The translations under genes were made by a program, and so were the position numbers. Below, piece by piece: positions 25,062-37,199 of a stretch of 64,000 bases of DNA. Below the pieces are notes generated by a model. That model was not told the DNA's origin. It did no database searches and saw only the letters and a list, made by a program, of their open reading frames with translations. The stretch is from positions 48,651,396 through 48,715,395 of the forward strand of contig JAUZTB010000118.1 of the NCBI GenBank assembly GCA_034780895.1, written 5' to 3'. This DNA is from Rhynchobatus australiae (taxonomy: Eukaryota). The stretch's first letter is position 1; each line of letters starts with the position of its first letter.

Positions 25062-25328
25062 GGCAGGCATGGTGGCGCAGCTAGTGCTGCTGCTGTGTTG
25101 GTTCCACCAGGTGCTCTGGTTTCTTCCTATATCAAAGGCATGCAGGCTGGTAGGCTAATTGGCCACTATAAATTGCCCCTCGTCTATAGGTGAGTGGTAA
25201 AATCCAGAGGGAGTTGATGGGTAATATAGGATTTGTGCAGGATTAGTGTATGGATTGTGTATGCAGGATTGGTTGATGGTCAGCATGGATTCAGTGGGCC
25301 AAAGGGCTTATTTCCCTGCTCTATGACT
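25062..25328 (+). mobile_element. V-SINE, internally deleted, with CR1-like tail
   Basis: ggcatggtggcgcagctag...ggtgctctggtttcttcctatatcaaagg...taaattgcccct...gtgggccaaagggcttatttccctgctctatgact. Confidence 0.75.
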
Positions 25329-25639
25329 TCAAGATTATTACTCTACAATCTGCAGAATTGTCTTTAATATGAAGCATCTGAAATTATTGATTCAAATTTG
25401 NNNNNNNNNNNNNNNNNNNNNNNNNNNNNNNNNNNNNNNNNNNNNNNNNNNNNNNNNNNNNNNNNNNNNNNNNNNNNNNNNNNNNNNNNNNNNNNNNNNN
25501 NNNNNNNNNNNNNNNNNNNNNNNNNNNNNNNNNNNNNNNCCCACAAGAGGACTGACAGTATTTTTCAGCGCACTGACTAGAAAACTGTCCATTGAACCAG
25601 TCACAAGCCCAGCAGGCTCATTAAATTCAAGAAACAATA

Positions 25640-25995
25640 GCAGGAAGGGACCATATACCGAGGCCATTAGGACCCCACTGGTAATGATCCTTCAGTCATA
25701 AAAGACACTTCAACTTGCTACTCAGTAAATTTTAGATCCAATTTGTCACTATCCCTTGAACTTTAACTTTTCTGATCTGCCTACCAGCTGTGACCTTGTC
25801 TATCAACTCTTGGCCAACTCCAAGATAAGATGAAGGGAGCCAGACACAACTTTCCCTTGATAAATCCATGCTGACTCTCCAATTAATTGGTGCTTTTCAA
25901 AAATGGAGATTTATACTGTTACTTAGAATTGATTCCAATATAAACACACTTAAACCCATTGGCCTATAATGACTCAATTTCTCCCTTCTTTAAAA
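25640..25995 (-). mobile_element. Decayed CR1 RT fragment
   Basis: agacacaactttcccttgataaatccatgctgactctcc is the reverse complement of ESQHGFIKGK.C. Confidence 0.6.
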
Positions 25996-27834
25996 ATGGT
26001 AATTTCAAATTATAGACAATTTGCAATGGTTTTAGTGTTTTTGAATGTTTGCAAACATGAACTACATTACAAACATTCAATACCAAAGGCAGTTTCAGCA
26101 ACCATGATACCAATCCAACTAATCCCATGTCCCTGCACAGGTTGTTACAAACTGTTGTTGATGNNNNNNNNNNNNNNNNNNNNNNNNNNNNNNNNNNNNN
26201 NNNNNNNNNNNNNNNNNNNNNNNNNNNNNNNNNNNNNNNNNNNNNNNNNNNNNNNNNNNNNNNNNNNNNNNNNNNNNNNNNNNNNNNNNNNNNNNNNNNN
26301 NNNNNNNNNNNNNNNNNNNNNNNNNNNNNNNNNNNNNNNNNNNNNNNNNNNNNNNNNNNNNNNNNNNNNNNNNNNNNNNNNNNNNNNNNNNNNNNNNNNN
26401 NNNNNNNNNNNNNNNNNNNNNNNNNNNNNNNNNNNNNNNNNNNNNNNNNNNNNNNNNNNNNNNNNNNNNNNNNNNNNNNNNNNNNNNNNNNNNNNNNNNN
26501 NNNNNNNNNNNNNNNNNNNNNNNNNNNNNNNNNNNNNNNNNNNNNNNNNNNNNNNNNNNNNNNNNNNNNNNNNNNNNNNNNNNNNNNNNNNNNNNNNNNN
26601 NNNNNNNNNNNNNNNNNNNNNNNNNNNNNNNNNNNNNNNNNNNNNNNNNNNNNNNNNNNNNNNNNNNNNNNNNNNNNNNNNNNNNNNNNNNNNNNNNNNN
26701 NNNNNNNNNNNNNNNNNNNNNNNNNNNNNNNNNNNNNNNNNNNNNNNNNNNNNNNNNNNNNNNNNNNNNNNNNNNNNNNNNNNNNNNNNNNNNNNNNNNN
26801 NNNNNNNNNNNNNNNNNNNNNNNNNNNNNNNNNNNNNNNNNNNNNNNNNNNNNNNNNNNNNNNNNNNNNNNNNNNNNNNNNNNNNNNNNNNNNNNNNNNN
26901 NNNNNNNNNNNNNNNNNNNNNNNNNNNNNNNNNNNNNNNNNNNNNNNNNNNNNNNNNNNNNNNNCACAAAGATAGTTGTTCCTACTCCACGTTGTTGAAC
27001 TTGAATCTTGCCACCTTAAATGTATCTTGTGGCCTTGAAGTGGTTCTGTGGAAATCAAGCTAATGAGTTGGTTGCAGTTATGACCACAGGGTTGAAAATC
27101 TTAAATCTAGCTCCCGGCACAGAACAATCTGATGATCCAATTGCAAATAGGTAAGAACTCTACAGCCAGTATTGACAAACGAAAAGAATTTTGTAGAAAA
27201 TAAACTTACACCTTACAACCAGAAGTTAATTAGGTTCTTAAAGTGCCAAAAACTTTGCAAAAGTGACAACTTGTAATAAGAGCTCATGTAACTGGATGGA
27301 AACAAATAAATGCCAATGCTGATAACAAAGTATTCACAGATGCCTAAAGAATGAAAATAGAGTAGCTTTGGCAAACACACGCTTGCATAACTAATGAGTT
27401 TGAATGCAGTATCTGATCATTTTCAGTTTGGATAATGATTATAATTCCTATGTGCACATTGAAAAAAATCAGGAAATATTTTGTGTCCTCACAAGCAATT
27501 ACTGTCTGTTGCTGGAGAAAAAGTTTTGATTTAATAATGGGCATTCAATTTACCATTAATCACAACTATTATAGGTCAACAAAGCTCCTCTTCATTACTT
27601 AATTTTTCACATCAATTGCAATACAGAACCATTCACAAAGTGCCTCCAGTTTCCCTACAGCAATATATTCTGAGACACCAAAGTCAAGGCAGCATAAATG
27701 GTTAGCACACTATGTGAGCGAGCAACTTGCAAACTTATCACTGAAATGTCAATTTTGAATTCTGGCCTGGAAGTAGATAGACATAACTGGATGAAAAGCA
27801 TGAAGTCTCAAACAAAATGTATAGTTTTACTTGC

Positions 27835-27946
27835 CTGCCAGTTTGCATCTTGCAGCCTGAAAGGACAAGGAGCAAAATCTTTGATCTAACTTGTACAACT
27901 TTGCCTTGTCAACAACCTCATTAAACCCATGATCCACAAAGAACAC
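27835..27946 (-). CDS. TDRD7: TDRD7 coding exon, Tudor domain 1 C-part (GC donor)
   Basis: VFFVDHGFNEVVDKAKLYKLDQRFCSLSFQAARCKLA(G). Acceptor ttttctttcAG, donor AG|GCAAGT. 112 nt, phase 0 in, phase 1 out. Confidence 0.93.
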
Positions 27947-28329
27947 CTGAAAGAAAAATGCTGATGTTACAAATAGATGTGTGACAATTATGATTCTACT
28001 CAACTGTTTGAAACACAAAATCTGAATATAACTCAGAAAAAAGTGCAATTACTGGAAATATACAGGTCAGATAGAGCATGGGTACAGGCCCCTTGGCCCA
28101 CCCAGCTAGTCCCAATTTCCTGCATTTGGCCCATAGCACACCCACGTCATTTTCCCTAGAACCTTGTGATGTCATACACCCCAGCCAAGCAAGCAGATTC
28201 AGTGAATATTACTTCCAAACTACAGAAAACAATGCAAATGGCACATTTAAATTAGTAAAATTTCCCTAGGTAGGTCACAAGGAACAGAATAAATGGTTTG
28301 GCTTTTTTTTTGTAGCTGGTTATACAGCT

Positions 28330-28782
28330 ACAGTTATAGAGTAATATAGCACAGAAATAGGCTCTTCAGTGCTACTCAGTGGATCAGATGGCCCATCTAA
28401 GCTAGTCCATTTGCCCATGTTTTTGGCTGATATGATATGGAAACTTCTCTTATCCATGTACCTGTTAAATGTTGTTAATGTACCTGCCTCAACCACTTTC
28501 ATAAATGCACCACCCTCTGCGTGAAGTTGTTGCCTTCCAGGTCCCTTTTAAGTCTTTCCCCTCTCACCTTAAACCTATGCCCTCTAGATTTTGATTCTGG
28601 GAAAAGACTGCATTCACCTTATCCATGCCCTTCATGATTTCATACAACTCTAAGGTCACCCCTCAGTGTCTAACACTCCAAGGAATAAAGTCTTACTCGG
28701 CCCAATCTCTCCCTACAACTTAGGCCCTCAAGTCCTGGCAACATACTCAAATCTTTTCTTCACTCTTTCCTGTTTAATGATG
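28330..28782 (-). mobile_element. CR1 3' region
   Basis: ORF 28320-28502 KVVEAGTLTTFNRYMD, and ctttcccctctcaccttaaacctatgccctctag. Confidence 0.85.
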
Positions 28783-29914
28783 NNNNNNNNNNNNNNNNNN
28801 NNNNNNNNNNNNNNNNNNNNNNNNNNNNNNNNNNNNNNNNNNNNNNNNNNNNNNNNNNNNNNNNNNNNNNNNNNNNNNNNNNNNNNNNNNNNNNNNNNNN
28901 NNNNNNNNNNNNNNNNNNNNNNNNNNNNNNNNNNNNNNNNNNNNNNNNNNNNGTTGGATAGTGTCACATTATGCTAATAAGGCAAATCAAGAGATGTGGT
29001 GGCAAGAATTTGGAATCATCACTCTATGTGGAACTTTGATGACAATAGGAGTAGCCTAAAAAATAGATCCCTGCAGGGTTCTAAGGATAAGCATGCAGGT
29101 ATGGGAGAAGTTATTTAAGGGAATTCTCTGTACCTTTGTGACATTCACAACTTATCAATTCCATGATCTTCTGATTTAGGAGAGAATAATATAACTGGGC
29201 TGAAGTGAAACACTTATTAGTTACTCATTGCAAAAACATTGTAACCTGTTTGTTCTGTATTAATCTCATGCCATTTAAACGAAGGACTAGGTGTGATTTA
29301 TTACATAACCAGTAAGCCAACATCTCTGGTTTGCTATTCATTCCAATGTTTGAACACATACTCTGATTAGAATCCTGCCAACAATTGTGTTTTAAAAACA
29401 CCTTTTACCTTGCCTTCATCTTGCATCTTTCATTATTTTGTTTGGAAATGTATACACCCTTCCCTTATCAACCACTGATGGCAGCACCTTCAACTAATGG
29501 CCTTTCTTTACAACTCCCTAGAAGAGCTCTTTCTAATCAAAAAAACAAACTACCTTTTAACCCAACTGCACTTTCAATTCTTGCACCTTAGCCTGTTACC
29601 TGCTAATATTATACATTTTATGCTTGTTCTCCATTTTAATTCTCACGTGCTATCCCTTACCATACATGCACCTTCTATTAGCTTAAAGTGCTATTTAAGT
29701 GCATTGACAAAACAACTCCTGCTTCCACAAATACCTTTCTTGCATTGTCAAGTACTACATTCTGGGAGTGATCAAAAGAACAATTTCCTCTTCAATCAGT
29801 TCCAGGGCAAAATGAGAATGTCTTCAGATTTCTCAACCAAGGTAAAGCCATGTAGCCAAAAATCTACTGTCATTTAACAAAATGTTTTTGAAAAGAACAT
29901 ATAAAGTTTACGCT

Positions 29915-31080
29915 CCCAAAGTGTGCCACAGGGGTTGGTGCTGGGACTTTTGTTTTCTGTTATTTAAATAAACGANNNNNNNNNNNNNNNNNNNNNNNNN
30001 NNNNNNNNNNNNNNNNNNNNNNNNNNNNNNNNNNNNNNNNNNNNNNNNNNNNNNNNNNNNNNNNNNNNNNNNNNNTAAAGTTTACGCTCCCAAAGTGTGC
30101 CACAGGGGTTGGTGCTGGGACTTTTGTTGTTCGCTATTTATATAAACTGGATGTGAATGTACAAGGCATAGTTAGCAAGTTTGCAGATGAAACTAAAATA
30201 GGTGGTATCGTAGACAGTGAAGGTGATTATCAAAAATTACAGGGAGATCTTGATCAGCTAGGTAAATAGGGCGAGGATTGCCAAATGGCTTTCAATTCAG
30301 ATAAGTGCGAAGTGTTACATTTTGGGAAGTCAAACCAGGGTAGGACTTGTACAGTGAATGGTCAGGCCCTGGGGGGTGTTGTGGTACAGAGGGACTGAGG
30401 AGCACAAGTACATAATTCACTGAAAGCAGCATCACAGATAGGCAGGGTGGTGAAGAAGGCCTTTGGCCTTCAGCAGTGAGGGCACTGAATAAAAGAATTG
30501 GGATGGTATCTTGCAGCTGTACTAGATGTCGGTGAGTCGTGGAGTATTGTGTACAGTTTTGGTCACCTTGTTGTAAGAAAGACATCATTAAACTGAAAAG
30601 AGTACAGAGAAGATTTATGAGGATGCTGCCAGGACAAAGGCCTTAATTATATGGAGAAGCTGGGCAGGCTAGGACTTTAATCCTTGGAAGGTAGGAAATT
30701 GAGGGGTGACCATATAGAGGTGTACAAAAATCATGAGGGGTATAGATAGGGTGAACACACATAGTCTTTTTCCCCAGGTAAGGGGAACTAAAAACAGGAT
30801 AGCATAGGCTTAGGGTGAGAGGTGAAAGATTTAAAATGGGACCTGAGGGGCAACTTCTTCACACAGAGGGTGGTGCGTACACGAAATGAGCTGCCAGAGA
30901 AAGTGGTTGAGGTGGGGATAATAGCAACATTCAAAAGCTATTTAAGTACATGGATAGGAGGGGTTTAGAGGGAAAAGGGCCAAACAGAGGCAAATGGGGC
31001 TAGATTGGTGGGCACCATGTTTAACATGGATGAGATGGGCTGCAGGGCCTGTTTCCATGGTGTAACCATTCTATGACTCT
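29915..31080 (+). mobile_element. CR1 LINE, RT to 3' end (5'-truncated)
   Basis: gtgccacaggggttggtgctggga (VPQG.VLG), aagtttgcagatgaaactaaaata (KFAD.TKI), gagtattgtgtacagttttggtcacct (EYCVQFWSP), terminus gggcctgtttccatggtgtaaccattctatgactct. Confidence 0.92.
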
Positions 31081-31317
31081 TAAATTAGAAAGAGCAGAGG
31101 TTACAATGTCAAAATGGTTTCATCAGCACCTGGTTATTCTGTCACAGGAAATCATGACATCTGTAGGAAAAGCATTTAAAAATTCTCCCAAACCCAATTT
31201 TCCCTTTAACCGGGATTTCTAAGAAACTGATTTCCCTCTGGAAAGCATAGATATGGAAATTTAAATAAACCGTTCCTTCCATATAACAACTGTAGCTTTC
31301 AGGGTAATTCCTAGTAC

Positions 31318-31504
31318 CTTGGCTTTTTCTGCTTCCACGGCAACAATCTGAGCTCTTAACCAGGAATCCTCTTCAGCACCGACAGCCACAAGTTGCCCTA
31401 CATTCGGTGAACTTAATGGCATTAGGTCAACTGTATAAGTGTAGTATTCTTTCATGGAATCTTCCATTTGCTCAAGAGCTCCAGAATATTCTGGCCCGAT
31501 GTAT
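31318..31504 (-). CDS. TDRD7: TDRD7 coding exon, Tudor domain 1 N-part
   Basis: YIGPEYSGALEQMEDSMKEYY...GQLVAVGAEEDSWLRAQIVAVEAEKAK. Acceptor tcAG abuts an N gap, donor GTACTA. 187 nt, phase 2 in, phase 0 out. Confidence 0.95.
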
Positions 31505-31899
31505 CTGANNNNNNNNNNNNNNNNNNNNNNNNNNNNNNNNNNNNNNNNNNNNNNNNNNNNNNNNNNNNNNNNNNNNNNNNNNNNNNNNNNNNNNNNNNNN
31601 NNNNNNNNNNNNNNNNNNNNNNNNNNNNNNNNNNNNNNNNNNNNNNNNNNNNNNNNNNNNNNNNNNNNNNNNNNNNNNNNNNNNNNNNNNNNNNNNNNNN
31701 NNNNNNNNNNNNNNNNNNNNNNNNNNNNNNTCACATGACAACATCACATGTTTGGGACAAAATGGGGGCGGGGTGAATCTCAACAAATATTTTAACAATT
31801 GAATATAATCAGCTATTTCAACCACGTGCCATACATATGTAGCATTCTTTTCTCTCTCCTGTTAAGTTCATATTTCAATTGTTCCATCTTCCAGGTTTA

Positions 31900-32120
31900 T
31901 CTTTACTACCACTTTCTTTCAACCAATACCACCTCTTGTATAATACATCTCTCCTCATCCCCAATCTATCACCGCTATTTCCTTTTATCCCTCCGATCCT
32001 CACCCCCTCTCTGCAACTTAAAATGTGTTTTTACTAACTTTTCCCCAATTCTTATTGAAAGGTCTTCAAACCAAATTGTTAATTCTGCTTCTCATTTCAC
32101 AGCTACTATTTGACCCACCA
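31900..32120 (+). mobile_element. Penelope-like terminal region
   Basis: Pyrimidine-rich tract, then ctctgcaacttaaaatgtg...gaaaggtcttcaaaccaaattgttaattctgcttctc. Confidence 0.55.
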
Positions 32121-33134
32121 AATAATTGCCAATACTTTTGTTCTTCCTTGAGATTGAGGATTTGCGGATGTCACCGACAGGGAAAAGTGGCAGCAAGAAT
32201 AAATCCTTGGGAGGTTCTGATATGGATCAGGAANNNNNNNNNNNNNNNNNNNNNNNNNNNNNNNNNNNNNNNNNNNNNNNNNNNNNNNNNNNNNNNNNNN
32301 NNNNNNNNNNNNNNNNNNNNNNNNNNNNNNNNNGTTCTGATATGGATCAGGAAGCTAATTCATGAATGAAGTGCCTTGTTTATGATCAGATAACTAAGAG
32401 TGGAACCAAACAATGGCAAGGACATCAACCTGGAGAATGGAAGAAAGGTATGACTGGTACAAACTACATGGTTAAGGATGTCAAAGAATGTAATACAAGA
32501 TGGAGATAAAACGCACCATGATTCTGGTTAGAGTCACTGAGGTCTATTTCAATATTGAAATATTGGACACAAAACCTGACTGCACAGATTCTGATAGAGA
32601 TATGGAAAGAATGCCCAAAAACAAAATGCATGTAACTGCAGTCCTTTGCAGTCAGAGGATTTTGAGAGTGAAATTTTGAAGACATGAGAATTGTGGTTTT
32701 GAAGGGAACAAAGACAGTACCATTTGGAATATCCACCAGCAATCGGGCCAGGAAAGCTAGTTTTGTGAGGAAAGGTTTGATCAACAAGGAAAAGACAATG
32801 ATCAGGGAGGGCAGAAAGATAGGGATGCAGTATGTAAGGAACTTGGGGAAGGGGGGAGTGAAAGGAAGGATGATGATTATGGACTCTGGGCTGACAACAA
32901 AACAGTAGTGTAACAACTTAGCTGCATGCAAAGACAGCAGCTGTGGGGGAATGATTATGCAGATCAACAGCCGAAGCAGTTGGAGAATGAAGGAAAGTGC
33001 AGCTGCAGTGAATTCTCTCTACTAACAAAGAATATACAAGTTCAGAGGAAGGAGGATAAGAAAGTATTGGCAATTGCCTTAGTTGTGTTCAAGACCATGG
33101 AAGTAGCGGGTAAACAAGAAATGGAAAGAGAAAC

Positions 33135-33238
33135 AAAGAAGTGGAGATGCTGGAATCTAGATGAAAAGCACGATGATGCTGGAGGAACTCAGCAAGCCAG
33201 GCAGCATCAGTGGAGAAGAGCAGGCAGTCAATGTTCAG
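33135..33238 (-). mobile_element. Penelope-like terminal repeat fragment
   Basis: gatgctggaatctagatgaaaagcacgatgatgctggaggaactcagcaagccaggcagcatcagtggag. Confidence 0.7.
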
Positions 33239-34329
33239 CAAAATTACCAAGGCCCTGAGCATAATCTTATATACATCAATAGATTTGGGATGGCACCTGA
33301 TCACTGGAAAATTAAAAATCTGTTAACTTCAGTGTTGGGAAGAGTTGTAGAAACAATCAGGGATAGAATTAGCTGTCAGACATTGTGTATTGATTAGTGT
33401 TAGGGAAGTATGTAAATATAGCAGACATTAATTCAAACAAGAACCAATTTTCAGTCCTTAAAGTAAATTGCAAGCAGTAATCAGTCTGGAAGTTAAAAAG
33501 GACAATTTTGTAAACAAACAGTACTGTCTACAGAGTACAGACTGCTGGCCCACGATAGGGGGCTGGCTGCTCCAGAGATATGATTTGCAAAGTGAAGTGA
33601 CCATGAGATGTTCTCATATGCATCTGCCAAACCTAAGGCAATGGGGTTATGATAATTGGCTTACATCAAACTAGGCAACATGGGCCAAGTTATTTTTGTA
33701 CCATTGTGACCGAGTTCAAGGAAGCTTGCAGACCAGACTGATATTGTCACCTAGCACAACAAACATGGTTATTGGCATATTTGATTGGTCAACAGTTGGG
33801 ATATGTTGCCCCCACTGCTTTAATGTTGGGTGTCTGGGATCTCTGTCCTCAGAAGCTTTTAGACCATTCGTGTAAATTACTTTGTCCCAGCAAAGGTATT
33901 TGAACATTTAGAAGTGTCTTCCATTGTAGATATGTAACTCAATGGAAACATTGTCAGATTCAAAATATTGAAGGAAACAATGACATTGTAGCTATTGAAG
34001 TTGTATTGAATCACCTGCTGTTACCTTTGATTGTAAGGGTACAAGAATGTGATATACTCTGAGTTTGGGAGACTCTACTGAGAGGGTCTCCAGAAGAATG
34101 CCAGCTTGTTGTGATGCTTTTTTTCCTCTTCTTTACTACACTACTGAATGTAACAACCAGGAATGTTAAGGTTTTTGGAGGTTTCTTTTGCACTGTTCTT
34201 TCTTTTGTACATACTTTTTTTATTATAAATAAAGTTTATTGTTGAAATAAAAAAGTTGTGATGAATAAAGACCATTTATATCATCAACTTCAGTGTCTCT
34301 CCAGTGACTCAGTTCACAGGCACAATTAG

Positions 34330-35112
34330 AAAAAGCCAGTATAGATCTGTTGAAGGCAAATTGTGTTTAACTAACTTGATAGAGGTTTTGATGAAGTAGC
34401 AGAAGGTGGGCAAGGGAAAATAGATGGCAGATAAAATTTAATGCTGAGAAAAGCAGTATTACATTTTGGTAGGAAGAATGAGAGAAGGCAATATAAACTA
34501 AAAAGCACAACTTTAAAAGGGCTTTTAAGACAGATCTATGCAGTAATCATTGAAAATGGCATGGTGATAAGTAGTTTCAAGAAGAGGCAAGAGCAAGTCA
34601 TGATGAAACTTTACAATATACAGTTTTGGTTGCAACTTTAGCAATAAAGTCTTGAGAGGGTACAGAAGAGACTCATTATTCCAGGGATGAAATTCTCTAA
34701 TTATTGAGATAGACTTGATAAACTGGAGTTGTTCTCTGCATAACAGAGGGAGTTGTTATCTCAGAATTATTTAAAACCAAGTACAATATGAAGAATAGAC
34801 AGAGTAACAATTCCCATTAGTGTATGGGTCAAGAATCAAGGAACACGAAATGAAAGTGATTGTCAAAAGAACTAAAAGTAACATGTGGGAAAATCTTTGC
34901 AGAGCTAAAATGCATTGTCATGAATAGTAGTGGAGGTGGGTTCAGTTATAACATTCAAAAGGGAGTTGGCTAAGTATCTGAAAGACAAGTATTTTATAGG
35001 GCGATGGAGAAAAAAGGTGGGGGAGCTGGACCAGCTAAAATGCTCTTTGAAAGAACTTGCATTGACTCCTCAGACTGGGTGACCCCTTTTCATGCTGTAA
35101 CCATTCTGTGAT
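34330..35112 (+). mobile_element. Decayed CR1 RT and 3' end
   Basis: aaggcaaattgtgtttaactaacttgatagaggttttgatga (GK.CLTNLIE.F), ORF 34441 LHFGRKNERRQYKL, terminus atgctgtaaccattctgtgattc. Confidence 0.8.
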
Positions 35113-35947
35113 TCCATACACTCCCCATGCTTCATTTATGTTTCTTCCAGAAGATGCAATACCAGACTGCTGAACTCCACTGGTGCTGGCTAGGATTTTG
35201 TGCTTATAGGGAGGGAAGGTGAGAGACTGATGTGCGTAAGGTGAGCAATGATCAAGAAAAGCATCTTAAAAAGCAGAGTTCAGGTAATACAAAGATGTGA
35301 GGGTTGGCTTCCACAAGGCTGGTTCAAAAATTAAACAGACTGCTTAACCACAATCAATTTCCAGCGGAATAGAATTAAGATACCTTGGAGAAGCATGTGA
35401 CTCTTGTACAAGGTACAAGTTGTTTTTCTTCCTGAAGAAAATAAGTTTCCAGATTTGATTCCTAGTTTATTTGTATTTCTTAATTTCAGCACTAGTTTTT
35501 AATGTTACAATTGACCTCGGCTCTGTAGGACTAGGGAAAATCAGGCAAGATTCTTCCTCCCAATCATTGCCCAAAACCTTTTGGTGGAAATGCAGAGGAA
35601 TGGACATAATTGAAATTAGTTTCCATGCCCTTGAGATTAAATATGGCATTCAATGCACTGGCTGGCATACGGTCAGGAAAATACCCCATACAACAGAACC
35701 AAGCTGTANNNNNNNNNNNNNNNNNNNNNNNNNNNNNNNNNNNNNNNNNNNNNNNNNNNNNNNNNNNNNNNNNNNNNNNNNNNNNNNNNNNNNNNNNNNN
35801 NNNNNNNNCAAGCTGTAGCAACATTAATAAACAGAGGGAAGATTAGAAGAAACACATGAAGCGGGAAAATTGTATAAGAGTTTGGAGAGCATATCCTAAG
35901 CTAAGAGATATTTCCTTGAAGAAGTAAATTAAAATATATACAACGCT

Positions 35948-36250
35948 GAGCGACATAGTGGTGCAGTTAGTAGAGCCGCTGCTCACAGTGCCAGAGCCCC
36001 AGGTTAGTCCTGACCTCGGGCGTTAACTGAATGGAATTTGCACACTCTGTGACCGTGGGGGTTTCCTCCAGACGCTCCAGTTTCCTCCCACATCACCTAG
36101 ATGTGTGGGTCAGTAGGAATGATTTGAAAAGATCTGTCTGCATGGCAGGTCTCAGTACATGTGACAATAATAAAACAAATGCTAATTACCAGTTCATTGG
36201 CACCAGTAAATTGCTTCTAGCATATAGGTGGGCAGTAGAATCTGGTACAT
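35948..36250 (+). mobile_element. V-SINE with an internal LINE-tail segment
   Basis: atagtggtgcagttagtagagccgctgctcacagtgccagag...ggaatttgcacactctgtgaccgtgggggtttcctccagacgctccagtttcctccca. Confidence 0.8.
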
Positions 36251-36495
36251 AGAAAATTCTAAATGCATTTCAGTGGAAACTTCACCTGACACTGTTTCTT
36301 TTAATAATTTTATACTGAAACTAGTGACTCTTTAAATAAATCTTTAAAATTGACATTCGCAAACAAGACTTACAACCAAAGTTTAAACATCCCAAGTGTC
36401 TGGTCTTGAGTGAGGTATTCAAACACTTGAATAAGTTATTAAGCTCTCCTTCCTGCATTAGTCTAAAGAAACAATGTATTTTAATTTTGGCTCAC

Positions 36496-37199
36496 CTGAT
36501 AACGGCTTCAACAGTGTTATGAAGCTCCACTACTAGTACAGATGGGAATTGGTCTGCTGGAATGCAAAGTGGGGGAGGAGCAGGTTGCATTGAGCAACTT
36601 TCTGTAAATTCATCAGCAATCTGTGTTACTTCATTGTCAGTTAATGCCAATTGGTCAGTTTTCAAACAGGTCTTGTTTGAATGAAGTCCTACATCAGTAC
36701 GCTCCTCATTAATGACTTCTTTTGGTTCTGGTTTCACCAATGCAGTGGGTGTCACCACAGGAGAAAGTGACTCTTTGGGTTTAGCATTTTGCTCATCGGT
36801 TTTTATCATTTTTGCATAGAGAATTGCCTTTTTGCGATCACCTGACACTGCATAATCCACAGAGCAAATGTCAGACAAGCAATCAAGGTCATCCAAAATA
36901 TTCTGAGGGAACTGCATCTTGTAAGTCTCTTCAAACAATTTTGGAAGTGCGTTAGCCCAGAGTCCACTGCTGTACTTTTGCAATAGCTGAGTGACTTTTT
37001 GCTTAACTTCTGTATCCTTTGCCACTAGGCTTTTAGCTGCAACTGGTTTTCTTCCTTGAGCAACAGTTTTATTAGTAACTAATGATTCTTGTTTCTTGTC
37101 AGTTGATTTCTGGTTGAAAACCAGCTTCCTTTGCTGTTGGCCACTCTTTGGAGGATAAAGCAGCAATTCTGCCAAACTACTAGATCCTGACTTTTCAAC
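36496..37199 (-). CDS. TDRD7: TDRD7 coding exon, LOTUS domain 3 plus linker
   Basis: VEKSGSSSLAELLLYPPK...VTQLLQKYSSGLWANALPKLFEETYKMQFP...ILYAK...PSVLVVELHNTVEAVIR. Acceptor tttgtttAG, donor GTGAGC. 704 nt, phase 0 in, phase 2 out. Confidence 0.97.

Noticed and set aside
25964-27063. Long ORFs (270-364 aa) in the ORF track, also at 3549-4204, 44823-45661 and 60837-61359
   Set aside because: They are artefacts of N runs translated as X.
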